From Leptolyngbyaceae cyanobacterium (GTDB lineage Bacteria; Cyanobacteriota; Cyanobacteriia; Phormidesmidales; Phormidesmidaceae), in the NCBI GenBank assembly GCA_965263355.1, contig CBDHHL010000032.1, positions 1,376,001-1,440,000 of the forward strand: a stretch of 64,000 bases of DNA, written 5' to 3'. A program made the translations under genes and the position numbers. The notes under the pieces were generated by a model. That model was not told the DNA's origin. It did no database searches and saw nothing but the letters and a program-made list of their open reading frames with translations. Positions 22,480 to 32,484 of this stretch are shown piece by piece (positions within the stretch are counted from its first letter, which is position 1; the number at the start of each line of letters is the position of its first letter).

Positions 22480-22608
22480 ATTTACTTCTCCAAGTCAGGC
22501 CTTTAGTGTCCGTTAATTTCCTTTGTAGAGATGCCTATTCACTCTAAAGTTGCCCAGATATAGGAGTAGATCTTTCGGCAATAGCCCAGCAGTCGGGTAA
22601 GGAAACAT

Positions 22609-23893
22609 TGTAGTGACCCCCAAAATTAGGACAAAATTAGGACAGGACTGAGAGAGCGTAAGCTAGAGTCCAATAGGGGGAAAGAATATGGCCAGCAAAC
22701 CAAGAAACTACAGTAGCGAATTTAAGGCAAAAGTCGTGCTGGAGATCGTCAGCGGCCAACGGAGTGTGAGCGAAGCCAGTCGAGTTCATAAAGTCCATAC
22801 GTCAGTGATAATCGTTGGCGTAATGAATTTCTTAAACAAGCGCACTTAGCGTTTGGCGGCAAAGGAGGAGACAATACATCAGCCGAGCGAATAGCCGAAT
22901 TGGAACGAATGGTGGGGCGCTTAACGATGGAGTTAGCGGTGGCAAAAAAAGCTTCAGACTTGTGGAATCTGAGCGGAAACGAGTCATGATTGAGCAGTTG
23001 AAAGCCGACTATCCGATCCAGGTCATCTGTGATGTGATTGGTTACAGTCGCAGTCGGTATTACTATCAGACAAAATCAGACAACAAAACACAAGAGGAGG
23101 AACTGAAAAAAGCGATCATCAATGTGGGGGGTCGTTATCCTACCTATGGTTACCGACGGATTACCAAACAATTGCAACGAGAGGGATGACGGGTTAATCA
23201 CAAACGTATCAGCCGATTAATGAGAGAATTAGGACTTCTTGCCAAGCGACGAGTAGGTCGGAAACGAACAACGAATAGTGTGCATGGCTATAAGCGGTAT
23301 CCTAATCTGGTCAAGGGGTTGGTCGTAGAGCGTCCAGAGCAGGCATGGGTGGGCGACATAACCTATATTCGATTGAAGGATGAATTTGTTTATTTAGCGG
23401 TTTTAATGGATGTATTTACCCGCAGCATTCGAGGCTGGCACTTGGATAGAACAATGGAGAAACAATTAACGATAACAGCCTTGGAGAAAGGACTGAACCA
23501 GTATATTCCCGAGATTCACCATTCAGACGAAGGGGTGCAATACGCTGCTAATGCTTATGTTCATCTATTGGAGGAGAATGAGATAGCGATTAGTATGACG
23601 GGTGTCGGCAAAGCCTATGAGAATGGCTTTGCTGAACGACTGATGAGAACAATTAAAGAAGAGGAGGTTGACTTATCGGACTATCGCAACTTTAATGAGG
23701 TGTATAACAGAATAGAAGAGTTTTTAGATGAGGTGTATATGAAGAAGAGAATTCACTCTTCTTTGGGCTATTTGACACCGAGTGAATTTGAAGCGAAGTG
23801 GAGGAAGAAAACCTGAATTGTCTCAGATTGATACATGTCAGTCTAGACTTGCTGTGAACTAATTTTACTGTCCAAGATTAGGGGGTCACTTCA
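22609..23893 (+). mobile_element. IS3-family element, inactivated
   Basis: TG..CA termini with TIR TGTAGTGACCCCC..GGACA / TGTCC..GGGGGTCACTTCA; orfA from ATG 22688 frameshifted near 22810; A7G slippery site near 22944-22951; orfB (WVGDITY, HHSDEG, AERLMRTIKEE) has a premature TGA at 23187-23189. Confidence 0.93.
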
Positions 23894-24031
23894 AATCTGC
23901 TTGCAAGTAAACCTGTACTACTATGAAGGGAGCAGGGAACGGGGATGGCGATTCGAAATTTACGTCAACAGCTGGAGGATTAAAGTGAAGGAAAGGCAGG
24001 AAAAAGAGAAAGCAGAATAGTTGAGATATCA

Positions 24032-24714
24032 TCATAGCAAGATTCTATATTCAAGCGTATGATGCCTCAGAAATAGTCTGTAGTTATGCCTAACCCAGTC
24101 CTCACGGTATATATGCTGCTCATTTGTTAAATAATATTTATAATCTAGCCTAGCTTCAGATTCAGACCTACGTGTCTCCTGTTGAGTGTTGACTATAGGA
24201 ATTGATTTACACATTAAGGCTTCATAAAAACGCATACTCCAAAGTTCATCGCCTCCTGGGCATAACGTAAATTTACTTCTGCACAATGTCTGAAAATAAT
24301 TTCCATCAAAAAAATTCTCTGTTTTATAGGATTCTCCTTAGGGACAAAGCCCTTTTTCTTAAGAGTAAAATCAAAATTGCCCATCACTTTATAATTCTCT
24401 TTTGTGTTCTTGTCTGTAAATTGTAAGTAGGATGAGTCGGTGAATTTACTTTCAATAAATCCTATGATCCACTGTCTATTCAATTGAGTCTTTCTATCTG
24501 TTTTGTAGCCGCCAATAAAGCAATAATCTATCGTCTTCTCAAAATCAAATTGCTCAATACGCTTATAAAAACGTCGAGGATACAGAGCAAACTCTTTATA
24601 GTAACCGCCTCTAAGTCTATCTTTTAAGTGGCTGAAAGCACGAAATATAAGATTCTTCTCATCTCTAGACTCGCAGTACCACATTCTTAGCTTAGAAGGA
24701 AAGTCTGCTTTCAT
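24032..24714 (-). pseudogene. Exostosin (GT47)-like protein split by a 1-nt frameshift
   Basis: Two overlapping ORFs; adding 1 nt at the A7 run 24308-24314 gives '..FFDGNYFQTLCRSKFTLCPGGDELWSMRFYEALMCKSIPIV'. Confidence 0.7.
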
Positions 24715-24809
24715 AATGGCCTTTACTACTAAAAGTTATACAAGTTTTATTTACTAGTACCATACTATAGCTATTGATAATCTTTTTAGTACTATCTCAC
24801 ACCATAAAC

Positions 24810-25424
24810 TTACTTCTTACCTTCTAACTCTTCAGGAAGTTTAAACCCACCTGGAAGAACCTTTGGAAAATCGCAATCTGGAATAGGTTTTTCTAAGAAC
24901 GGGCATAATTTTTCCCATCCCTCACCTGCTGTTATAGAGATTACTAAGAGATCACTATCCCGACCACGAAAGTAATTGCGAACATTGTATTCATGACAAT
25001 CATAGATGTAGGAAAATTGTGCCTCATTGAAAAAAACAACCCCATAAGCAGCGAGTTGTGTTTGATCATAGAATGAAGCTGCATTATCTAGCCTTTCCTT
25101 TTGATGAAAAAATTTTCTACAACTATTTAGCCAGTCAGACTTGTTTCGAGTGGTTAAGATGAACTTTGATCCTGGGTATCTGCCATCAAGTGCAGGATAG
25201 AATGCCCCTATGGGCAGATCTGTTACAGCATCAAAATTAGCAATATAGTCATATGAGAAATCTCCTTCAAACCACTTAGATAACCCTTGCCTTCGCAAGT
25301 GTCGATATGTTCCGGATCGATAACCTAGTATATGTAAGGCTGCAAACAGTGAGGTAGTGCCTGTCTTAGATAGGCCAATCCCAAAAATCTTTTGATTTTC
25401 CATAATAATTGTTTTCTTAATCAA
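24810..25424 (-). CDS. Sulfotransferase family protein
   Basis: 'GIGLSKTGTTSL' 5'-PSB loop, 'YPGSKFILTTR..W..S', 'GWEKLCPFL...FP'. Confidence 0.88.
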   Translation of the reverse strand: MIKKTIIMENQKIFGIGLSKTGTTSLFAALHILGYRSGTYRHLRRQGLSKWFEGDFSYDYIANFDAVTDLPIGAFYPALDGRYPGSKFILTTRNKSDWLNSCRKFFHQKERLDNAASFYDQTQLAAYGVVFFNEAQFSYIYDCHEYNVRNYFRGRDSDLLVISITAGEGWEKLCPFLEKPIPDCDFPKVLPGGFKLPEELEGKK

Positions 25425-25617
25425 AAATTGTCGATAGCAACGAGAGACCAGCTATGATATCAGCTAATAACTGAAGGCTTGAGCTAAATTGGTATTCACC
25501 CGAAAGTTCATCAAATTGAACCAAACTGCATCGTGCCAGAGGACAACCAATTTATCCGTTTCGAGAAAAAAATAATTATATCCAGTTCTACAGTTGATCT
25601 AAAATCAGTGGCAAAGT

Positions 25618-26010
25618 TTAGAACTTATCACTGTGGTCCCGATAGTAAAACTCCCGAGTAAAGAAATTAGGCTGACTTCGATCTTTGACTTGATGAAAAG
25701 CTACAACACTCCAAAGACCTCTCGCTAAATCTGCTGCTAAACAAGACTTAAGCTGAGGTCGATCATAAACAGCATAAAATGCCTTCTCGCCAACATTATC
25801 TAGAAAGGGCATCAAGACCGTCTCACCCCAGTCTTCACCTAATCCTGCCCGAGAAACATGAATAATTAAACCCTCGTCTCGTTGAGCTAAGCTAAATGCC
25901 TGAATCCCCTGACTTTTAGGATTGAAGTTTACCCATTTACCCAACTCAGGGGTAAAATCAACCGTCATACCTGCCTGGGGTTCAATGCCATAGACCTCTT
26001 GTCGTTCCAT
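25618..26010 (-). CDS. Hypothetical GxWxN beta-domain protein (paralog 3)
   Basis: ATG at 26010 lies 1 nt after the upstream stop; GKWVN..DWGE..NFFTREFY. Confidence 0.75.
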   Translation of the reverse strand: MERQEVYGIEPQAGMTVDFTPELGKWVNFNPKSQGIQAFSLAQRDEGLIIHVSRAGLGEDWGETVLMPFLDNVGEKAFYAVYDRPQLKSCLAADLARGLWSVVAFHQVKDRSQPNFFTREFYYRDHSDKF

Positions 26011-26011
26011 A

Positions 26012-26419
26012 CTATAGGCTTCTCCGAAAAAAATCGCGGGTATGGTGGGGGATGCGGCCACTGCCATCGTGGTAAGAAACATAGGAATAAATCACCAAAA
26101 TTCCTAGCTTCTGGTTAGCTGCTAAATTAACACGCACCCCATCTAACTCATAACAAGTAGAAAAACCATTGGCAACTAACGCCTGTCCCATCACATAGGG
26201 GAGCGCCTCAATCTCACCCCAGTCTATGGGCTCTGGGGTATTTGCACCATAGCTTCTTATTAAGAGAGATGTGTCCTGACTTCTGAGGGTTGTTCGTACA
26301 ATATAGCGGCTATGCCCCTGTAGATTTATCCAGTCTCCCACCAATGGAGAAAGATTCAATTGTGTGGTTTCTGAGGGCCGTTGATCGGCTTTCATGTAGC
26401 AAGAATAGGAAGTCATCAA
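26012..26419 (-). CDS. Hypothetical GxWxN beta-domain protein (paralog 2)
   Basis: GDWIN..PIDWGE..DGSGR..TRDFF. Confidence 0.75.
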   Translation of the reverse strand: MMTSYSCYMKADQRPSETTQLNLSPLVGDWINLQGHSRYIVRTTLRSQDTSLLIRSYGANTPEPIDWGEIEALPYVMGQALVANGFSTCYELDGVRVNLAANQKLGILVIYSYVSYHDGSGRIPHHTRDFFRRSL

Positions 26420-26423
26420 ATGT

Positions 26424-27221
26424 TTACTTTGTGGATGTGTCTACGCAACAGAAAAACTCTCGACGCAGAAAGTTTGGTTGAGATAACGCTGAGTCGCTTA
26501 CATAGTGCGTTGCCAATATCCATAGACCTTTGTTGGTGTTAGCGGCTATATACAGTTTATGGGTATCAAACTCATAGTCTGCTAAAAATGCTCGCTCTCC
26601 TTTGGCATCAATAAATGGAGTGGCTTCAACTTCTCCCCAATCTTCTGGTGCTAACATCCCTTGGGGATGAAAAAGGAGTTGCTGCTGGAGTTGTCTGAGG
26701 GTAAACTGTCGAATTCCCTGGCTATCGGGTTTAGAATTTTCCCAGGTGCCAAGAACAGACTTAAAGTCGATAAAGTCTGATGTATCCAATATTGAACGAC
26801 GAAAAAATTCACGGGAAAAATGGTTTGTTCGTCCACTATCGTCTAAATAGCGAGTATTCACCATAATTTCCACTATGCTGCCCATAAAGCGACCCGAAAA
26901 ATGAATCTCGGTAGTCTCAAAACAATAGGTTGCCTGAAACCCACTAATTTGGGTGGACGCACTTGAAATGTAGGGGGTTATCTCCACTTCTCCCCAGTCA
27001 ATGGGATTTGGATCATTGGCTCCGTAAGTCCTTAACCACAGGCAACCATTTTCTGTTCTAAAGGCTATCTTAACAAGATACTGGGTCTCATCATTGACAT
27101 TTAACCAGCTGCCAATCAAGGGTTTGATATCAATTGCAGGGGCAATCAATGCTTGCCGATCAGCTTGCATGTAGACATTAAAAGATGAATTATGTTGCAT
27201 AGCGTCACCATAAAAGAGCAT
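26424..27221 (-). CDS. Hypothetical protein with two tandem GxWxN beta-domains (paralog 1)
   Basis: GSWLN..PIDWGE..DDSGRTNHFSREFF and GTWEN..DWGE..NFLRREFF. Confidence 0.78.
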   Translation of the reverse strand: MLFYGDAMQHNSSFNVYMQADRQALIAPAIDIKPLIGSWLNVNDETQYLVKIAFRTENGCLWLRTYGANDPNPIDWGEVEITPYISSASTQISGFQATYCFETTEIHFSGRFMGSIVEIMVNTRYLDDSGRTNHFSREFFRRSILDTSDFIDFKSVLGTWENSKPDSQGIRQFTLRQLQQQLLFHPQGMLAPEDWGEVEATPFIDAKGERAFLADYEFDTHKLYIAANTNKGLWILATHYVSDSALSQPNFLRREFFCCVDTSTK

Positions 27222-27226
27222 CTAGA

Positions 27227-28042
27227 TCAGCAACGTTGGCCTTTTACATAGGCGGCTGTAATTGGATTTTGCGGACTTTCAAAGATCTGTTCTGTGGGAC
27301 CCGCTTCGATCAGCTGACCTCGACCAGATTGCACCCAAAAAACGCCAACATAATCTGCAATCCGCCTTGCTTGAGCAAGATTATGGGTAACAATTACCAC
27401 AGTATAGTCTCCCCGCAGACCAACAATAAGATCTTCCACAGCACCACTGGAAATAGGATCAAGAGCACTGCAAGGCTCATCCATTAGCAATACCTCAGGG
27501 TGTAGGGCCAAAGTACGCGCAATACATAGCCGTTGTTTTTGCCCTCCTGAAAGCCTTAAGGCAGAAGTCTTCAAACGATCACTAACCTCATCCCAAAGTT
27601 GAACATCACATAATACCCGATGTACTATCTTGTTGATCTCATCACGATTCTTGACCCCATGCTCTTTTAAGGGAAAAGCAATATTGCGCCAGATAGAAAA
27701 GGGAAATGGATTGGGTTTTTGTAAAATCATCCCCACCCGTCGCCGCAGGGCAATGGTATCTGTTTTAGGATGGAGAATATCTAAATCTTCGAGATAAACC
27801 TTGCCCGAAACCTGGCAGCCAGGGGTCAAATCCGTAAGACGATTTAGGCAGTTGAGAAAACTTGTTTTCCCACACCCGGATGGACCAATGAGGGCTGTAA
27901 TTCTGCCTTTAGGAATGGAAAATGTAATATTTTCTAAGGTAAGTTTAGAGCCATATGATAGACAAAGACGTTCTGTAACAAGATATGCCGAAGGCGTGGT
28001 AGATTTGGTTCGGCTGAGTTTTGGTGTGGATAGTTTATGCAT
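27227..28042 (-). CDS. pstB: Phosphate ABC transporter ATP-binding protein
   Basis: GPSGCGKT, 'LRRRVGM.LQKPNPF', LSGGQKQR, DEPCSALDP. Confidence 0.92.
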   Translation of the reverse strand: MHKLSTPKLSRTKSTTPSAYLVTERLCLSYGSKLTLENITFSIPKGRITALIGPSGCGKTSFLNCLNRLTDLTPGCQVSGKVYLEDLDILHPKTDTIALRRRVGMILQKPNPFPFSIWRNIAFPLKEHGVKNRDEINKIVHRVLCDVQLWDEVSDRLKTSALRLSGGQKQRLCIARTLALHPEVLLMDEPCSALDPISSGAVEDLIVGLRGDYTVVIVTHNLAQARRIADYVGVFWVQSGRGQLIEAGPTEQIFESPQNPITAAYVKGQRC

Positions 28043-28085
28043 CCTTATCCTGCAGCATATTGAGATAATATCTGATCAAATTGCT

Positions 28086-28964
28086 TTAAAGGTGAATACT
28101 ATGGCGGAGCCATTGATTGCCAATCCAGGTGGCGGTTCCATTGATTAAAAATAGGAGTAGTACCAATACCGTGGCAGCGGTGTAAGCATTGCGATCGCCC
28201 CCAGGCACATTCATACTTAAATCAAAGATATGGAGTGATAGGGAACGTCCTGAGTCCAATAGCGACGTGGGCAGCCGATCAACATAGCCACTGGTATAGA
28301 TCAAAGCAGCCGTTTCAGCAACTGCCCGACCAAGGCCTAGAATAAAGCCCGCTACAAGACTTGGCATGGCAGCTGGTAAGAGTAATTGAATCAGGGTACT
28401 CGTTCGAGAAATTCCCAGGGATGCTGCACCAAAACGATACTCCCTTGGAATCGCACATAGCCCTTCTTCAATTGACCGGATCAGGATAGGCAAAACCATA
28501 CAGGCCAGCGTTAACCCTCCCGACAAAATAGAAAATCCCATACCCAGCAGGACAGAAAAAAAGGCATTCCCAAAAAGGCCAAAGACAATCGACGGCACCC
28601 CTGCCAACATATCTAAGCTACGACGAACTAAACGACCAAACCAATGATTGGGCTCCGTAAATTCAGACAATAAAATGGCTGTGCCCAGCCCTAACGGCAG
28701 AGAAACCCCTAAACAAACCCCAAGCAAAAGCAGCGTAGATACCAGAATGGGACCAATACCCCCGGAACGCCCTGCATCTTCTGGGGCAGCCGTTAGAAAC
28801 GTCCAGGACAGATGTCTCAGACCATGCCAAAGAATATCGCCAATAATCCATCCCACAAAGATGACAACACTTAACGCAGTGAGCCAGGCACAAACGCCCA
28901 ATAGCTGGTCACGATAAGCCAACCTTTGCCGATGATTGGAAACCTGGAGAGCATTTAGATGCAT
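28086..28964 (-). CDS. pstA: Phosphate ABC transporter permease
   Basis: 'LAGVPSIVFGLFG', 'GRAVAETAAL'. Confidence 0.9.
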   Translation of the reverse strand: MHLNALQVSNHRQRLAYRDQLLGVCAWLTALSVVIFVGWIIGDILWHGLRHLSWTFLTAAPEDAGRSGGIGPILVSTLLLLGVCLGVSLPLGLGTAILLSEFTEPNHWFGRLVRRSLDMLAGVPSIVFGLFGNAFFSVLLGMGFSILSGGLTLACMVLPILIRSIEEGLCAIPREYRFGAASLGISRTSTLIQLLLPAAMPSLVAGFILGLGRAVAETAALIYTSGYVDRLPTSLLDSGRSLSLHIFDLSMNVPGGDRNAYTAATVLVLLLFLINGTATWIGNQWLRHSIHL

Positions 28965-28979
28965 TGGATTACCTGTGTA

Positions 28980-29879
28980 TTAATCATAAATTTCTCCTTC
29001 GGCAATCGTCTCTGCTAATAATGCCAAACCTAAACTAATGCCCATCAACAGCAAACCGCTGACAAACAGTGCTGCCCGATGCTGGTTCAGAGCAAAGGCC
29101 ATTTCCAATGCAATATTAGCGGGTAAGGTACGGATAGGATCAAATAATGATGTAGGAATTTGGGGAATATTACCGCAGACCATCAACATAATGATAGTTT
29201 CTCCCAATGCGCGCCCCGTTCCTAACAAAATACCTGTAAACAGACCCACGCGAGCTGACGGGACAATCACGCCCCAAATTGTGCCCCAGCGAGAGAATCC
29301 CAATGCTGCCGTATCTTGCCAATAGGTTTGTCTGACTTCAACCAGATTGGCATCAAACGTTAGCGTAATAGTAGGGAGAATGAGAATAGCCAATAATAAA
29401 ATCCCTGCTAGTAAACTACTGCCAGGGGGATGCAAGTGATTGATCATAGGGACCACGACCACCAGCCCCCAAAATCCATACACAACGCCGGGAATTCCAG
29501 CCAATACCTTTAGAAGATTCCGATAAAACGTGGCTATCGGTCCTGGAGCATAATAATTACAGAATAACCCCGATAAAATCCCTATGGGAATGGCTAGTAA
29601 TACTGCACCAATCACGACGGCCAATGTTCCAATAATCATAGGCGTCATTTGATAGAGGTTTTGAGAGGGTTGCCAGGTACTATCACTCAAAAACCGTAAC
29701 CAATTGACCGATTGTAAAAGGGGCCAGGCCTCCCAGAGTAAAAAAAAGGTAATGAAAACAACTAAAGCGCCAACTAGAACTGCAATAGTCCGCAATATCC
29801 AAACTAGAATCTCATCAGTTCTTTGGGGAAACAAAGCCTTGCTTCTCAATAAGATCATGGTTATTTTCCGCCAGGACAA
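28980..29879 (-). CDS. pstC: Phosphate ABC transporter permease
   Basis: 'LAGIPGVVYGFWG', 'GRALGET..LMVCGN'; start could be a slightly downstream ATG. Confidence 0.9.
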   Translation of the reverse strand: MSWRKITMILLRSKALFPQRTDEILVWILRTIAVLVGALVVFITFFLLWEAWPLLQSVNWLRFLSDSTWQPSQNLYQMTPMIIGTLAVVIGAVLLAIPIGILSGLFCNYYAPGPIATFYRNLLKVLAGIPGVVYGFWGLVVVVPMINHLHPPGSSLLAGILLLAILILPTITLTFDANLVEVRQTYWQDTAALGFSRWGTIWGVIVPSARVGLFTGILLGTGRALGETIIMLMVCGNIPQIPTSLFDPIRTLPANIALEMAFALNQHRAALFVSGLLLMGISLGLALLAETIAEGEIYD

Positions 29880-30657
29880 AGTCTATAAATTGCTGTGCTA
29901 AGGGCATTGGGTCACTATTAGTAATCAAATTCAACTCTCGAAGTAACGGAAATGTACCATTGGCAACATTATTAGTCGTGGGTTGAATTCCGTCTAACGT
30001 TAAAGATTTGATCGGTACGCCTTGCTGAGCATCGTATTCTGCAGAACCGATGGATACATAGCCAATGGCATTGGGATTTCCGGCAATTGTTTTAATCCCC
30101 TGTTGATTGTCACCAATGATTACATCTGCTTGCATAGAGCCATTGTCCAAACCTAGGTACTCTAAAAAGAGAGCGAGGGTAGAATGCCCTTCTGCTTTGT
30201 GAACTACCGTAATGGCAGCGTCGTTCCCTCCCAAGTCCTGCCAGTTATTGATTTTATCTGTGTAAATGGCTTGAACTTGAGCTTTAGAAATTTCAGTAAT
30301 GGGGTTATCAGCATGAACAATGATACTGATCCCGTCCATCGCGATGAGAAAAACCTGCAGGTTAGCCTCTTCTTGCGGCGTCAACTGACGAGACACCATG
30401 CCAATATCTGCCAGCCCCTGTTGAGTGTCAACCACCCCTCGCGTTGATCCCCCGGTATGGACATCAACCCGAATTTGAGGATTTTGAGCCTCAAAGCGCT
30501 TGCCCATCGTTATCGCTAGGGGAGAGATCGTACTTGCCCCAGTCAGCGTCAGCTTTTGGAGAGAGGCCTCTGCTTCAGATGACGGCTTAGCACAGGCTTG
30601 TGTCGACAAGCAAAGTAGCATTCCCAAGCTTATCCAGCGCAGTAGAGCAGATTTCAT
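29815..30657 (-). CDS. pstS: Phosphate ABC transporter substrate-binding lipoprotein
   Basis: Lipoprotein-like signal ending TQAC, 'GAST', 'GGSTRG', 'ADIGMVSR', 'NAIGYVS'. Confidence 0.88.
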   Translation of the reverse strand: MKSALLRWISLGMLLCLSTQACAKPSSEAEASLQKLTLTGASTISPLAITMGKRFEAQNPQIRVDVHTGGSTRGVVDTQQGLADIGMVSRQLTPQEEANLQVFLIAMDGISIIVHADNPITEISKAQVQAIYTDKINNWQDLGGNDAAITVVHKAEGHSTLALFLEYLGLDNGSMQADVIIGDNQQGIKTIAGNPNAIGYVSIGSAEYDAQQGVPIKSLTLDGIQPTTNNVANGTFPLLRELNLITNSDPMPLAQQFIDFVLAENNHDLIEKQGFVSPKN

Positions 30658-30934
30658 GACATTACAAGTGATATTACAAGCACAGATTTCATGACATCAA
30701 GAGATGACGGCTATACTCAATAAACCTAGCCTGTGCCCAGAACCATCGTTTGCTTATAAAGACAACCAAAGGTTGAAATCTGGGCGCAGATTAACATACT
30801 CCTACCATTTACAACCGTTATGTACAAACGTTTGGCAATTTTTTGACTGAATTATAGGGCACATTTTAACAGTCAACCCTTAAGGTCAAAGCTGTCTAGA
30901 TGACAATCTTATTTTTTAAGAAAGTAAATTACTC

Positions 30935-31054
30935 ACTTTTCTCACCTCCCTATGGCTTGCCACTAAAAGGTTTGATTTAGAAGACCATTTCTTAGTCTAT
31001 TTTTTTGCTAACCTAAGCGTTTATAAGATAAAACCTAAAAAAGGTGAGAAAAGT
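30935..31054. mobile_element. 120-bp MITE-like / IS-end scar
   Basis: Perfect 13-bp terminal inverted repeat ACTTTTCTCACCT..AGGTGAGAAAAGT. Confidence 0.45.
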
Positions 31055-31260
31055 AGTCTATAGGAGAAAACTGGCTTGTGCGATTCCTATATAGCTATTA
31101 ATATCAAATGGCTCAGCATCACACCTTTTTTATTTAGGTTTAAATTAATTATTTGACTGAGTGTTAGCCGTTAACCTTGAGTGGAAGCGCACTAGAATTA
31201 CGGTTTCAATTTAATTTTAAGAACAATTAGGCTACCACTGAAAGTCATTGGGATTTCTAC

Positions 31261-32484
31261 ATGATTCTTGATTTAGCTCCCGATAAGCAGGTCTATGTGG
31301 AACGTATTAGGGAACTAGCAGGCCAGGACTTTGCGTCTCGTGCGGCGGAGTGTGACGCTACAGCTAGTTTCCCTAAAGAAGATTTTGAAGCTCTTCTGCA
31401 AGCTGGCTTGATTGCCCCTGTTGTTCCGACTGAGTATGGTGGCTTAGGTCTCAGGCATGGGGACGATATTTTTACGCTCTGGCTGATGACTAAGGAGTTG
31501 GCCAAGGTCAATTTATCTCTAGCTCGTTGTTGGGAAGGGCACACTAACTGTCAGGCTTTAATTGCAGGCATGGCCAATGAAGACCAGAAAAAACGATGGT
31601 TTGAAGGTATTGTTAAGCGGGGAGATAAGTGGGCAGGTTGGAGTGGAGAGCCCCAGTCTAAAATTCCTGGTCAAACGTCGAAATTTGGGACAACAGTCCA
31701 GGTGGTAGATGGGGGATATATGGTTAGTGGTACGAAGGTATTCGCTACCAGTGCTAATCAAGCTCAGTGGGCCATTCTTCTTGTTAATCCCCTAGGAACA
31801 GGAGGTGCCCGTCATGGTAATGGTTCAGCAAAGTCAGTCCTAATGCTAGCCTGCGACCTATCGGATCTCAGCATCAGTTTTGATGATAGTTGGTGGAAGC
31901 CCATCGGTATGAAGGGGACTATTAGTTATCTTGTTCGCTTTGAAGAAACTTTTATTCCATCAGACAACTTAATTGGTTATCCTGGGCAGTATCTGTTGGA
32001 AGAATGGCAAACTCGATTTACGCCTCAATACGGTGCGGCCTTTTTAGGAGCTGCAGAGGGTGCTTACGATTATGCCTTGGCCTATGTGAAAAAGCAGGGT
32101 AAAGAAGATGATCCCTATGTGCAACATCGCATGGCTCAAAGTGCGATAAACCTGGAGACTATGCACCTATGGCTACGTCATACAGCAACACTTTGGGAGA
32201 CGGGTCAACATCTAAAGGCTAAACAGGCAGGTAACCGTACCCGTTATCTAACTGAGAAACTGGCGATGGAAACCTTGGAGCACTGTATTAAAACCTGTGG
32301 GGCTCGTTGTTTGATTCAACCGAGTCCATTAGAGCGCATCTATCGGGATCTCTCTTTCTATGTCTTACATGATAGTTGCGATCGCGTCCTATCCTCCATT
32401 GGTCAAGAAATCTTAGGGCAATCCTTTGATCGTTCATTCTTTAACTCTTCAAAGCACAAGCAAGCCTCTGCAGGTAAATCGTGA
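31261..32484 (+). CDS. Acyl-CoA dehydrogenase-fold protein, probable flavin-dependent monooxygenase (DszC/SfnB-like)
   Basis: 'VPTEYGGLG', 'SGTKVFATS', 'W.PIGMKGT.S', 'LERIYRD....LH'; ends in H rather than the canonical ACAD IYEG motif. Confidence 0.75.
   Translation: MILDLAPDKQVYVERIRELAGQDFASRAAECDATASFPKEDFEALLQAGLIAPVVPTEYGGLGLRHGDDIFTLWLMTKELAKVNLSLARCWEGHTNCQALIAGMANEDQKKRWFEGIVKRGDKWAGWSGEPQSKIPGQTSKFGTTVQVVDGGYMVSGTKVFATSANQAQWAILLVNPLGTGGARHGNGSAKSVLMLACDLSDLSISFDDSWWKPIGMKGTISYLVRFEETFIPSDNLIGYPGQYLLEEWQTRFTPQYGAAFLGAAEGAYDYALAYVKKQGKEDDPYVQHRMAQSAINLETMHLWLRHTATLWETGQHLKAKQAGNRTRYLTEKLAMETLEHCIKTCGARCLIQPSPLERIYRDLSFYVLHDSCDRVLSSIGQEILGQSFDRSFFNSSKHKQASAGKS

Noticed and set aside
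25618..26419. Frameshifted single gene (paralog of the two-domain protein)
   Set aside because: Clean TAG-T-ATG junction gives two complete domains, so two coupled genes is more plausible
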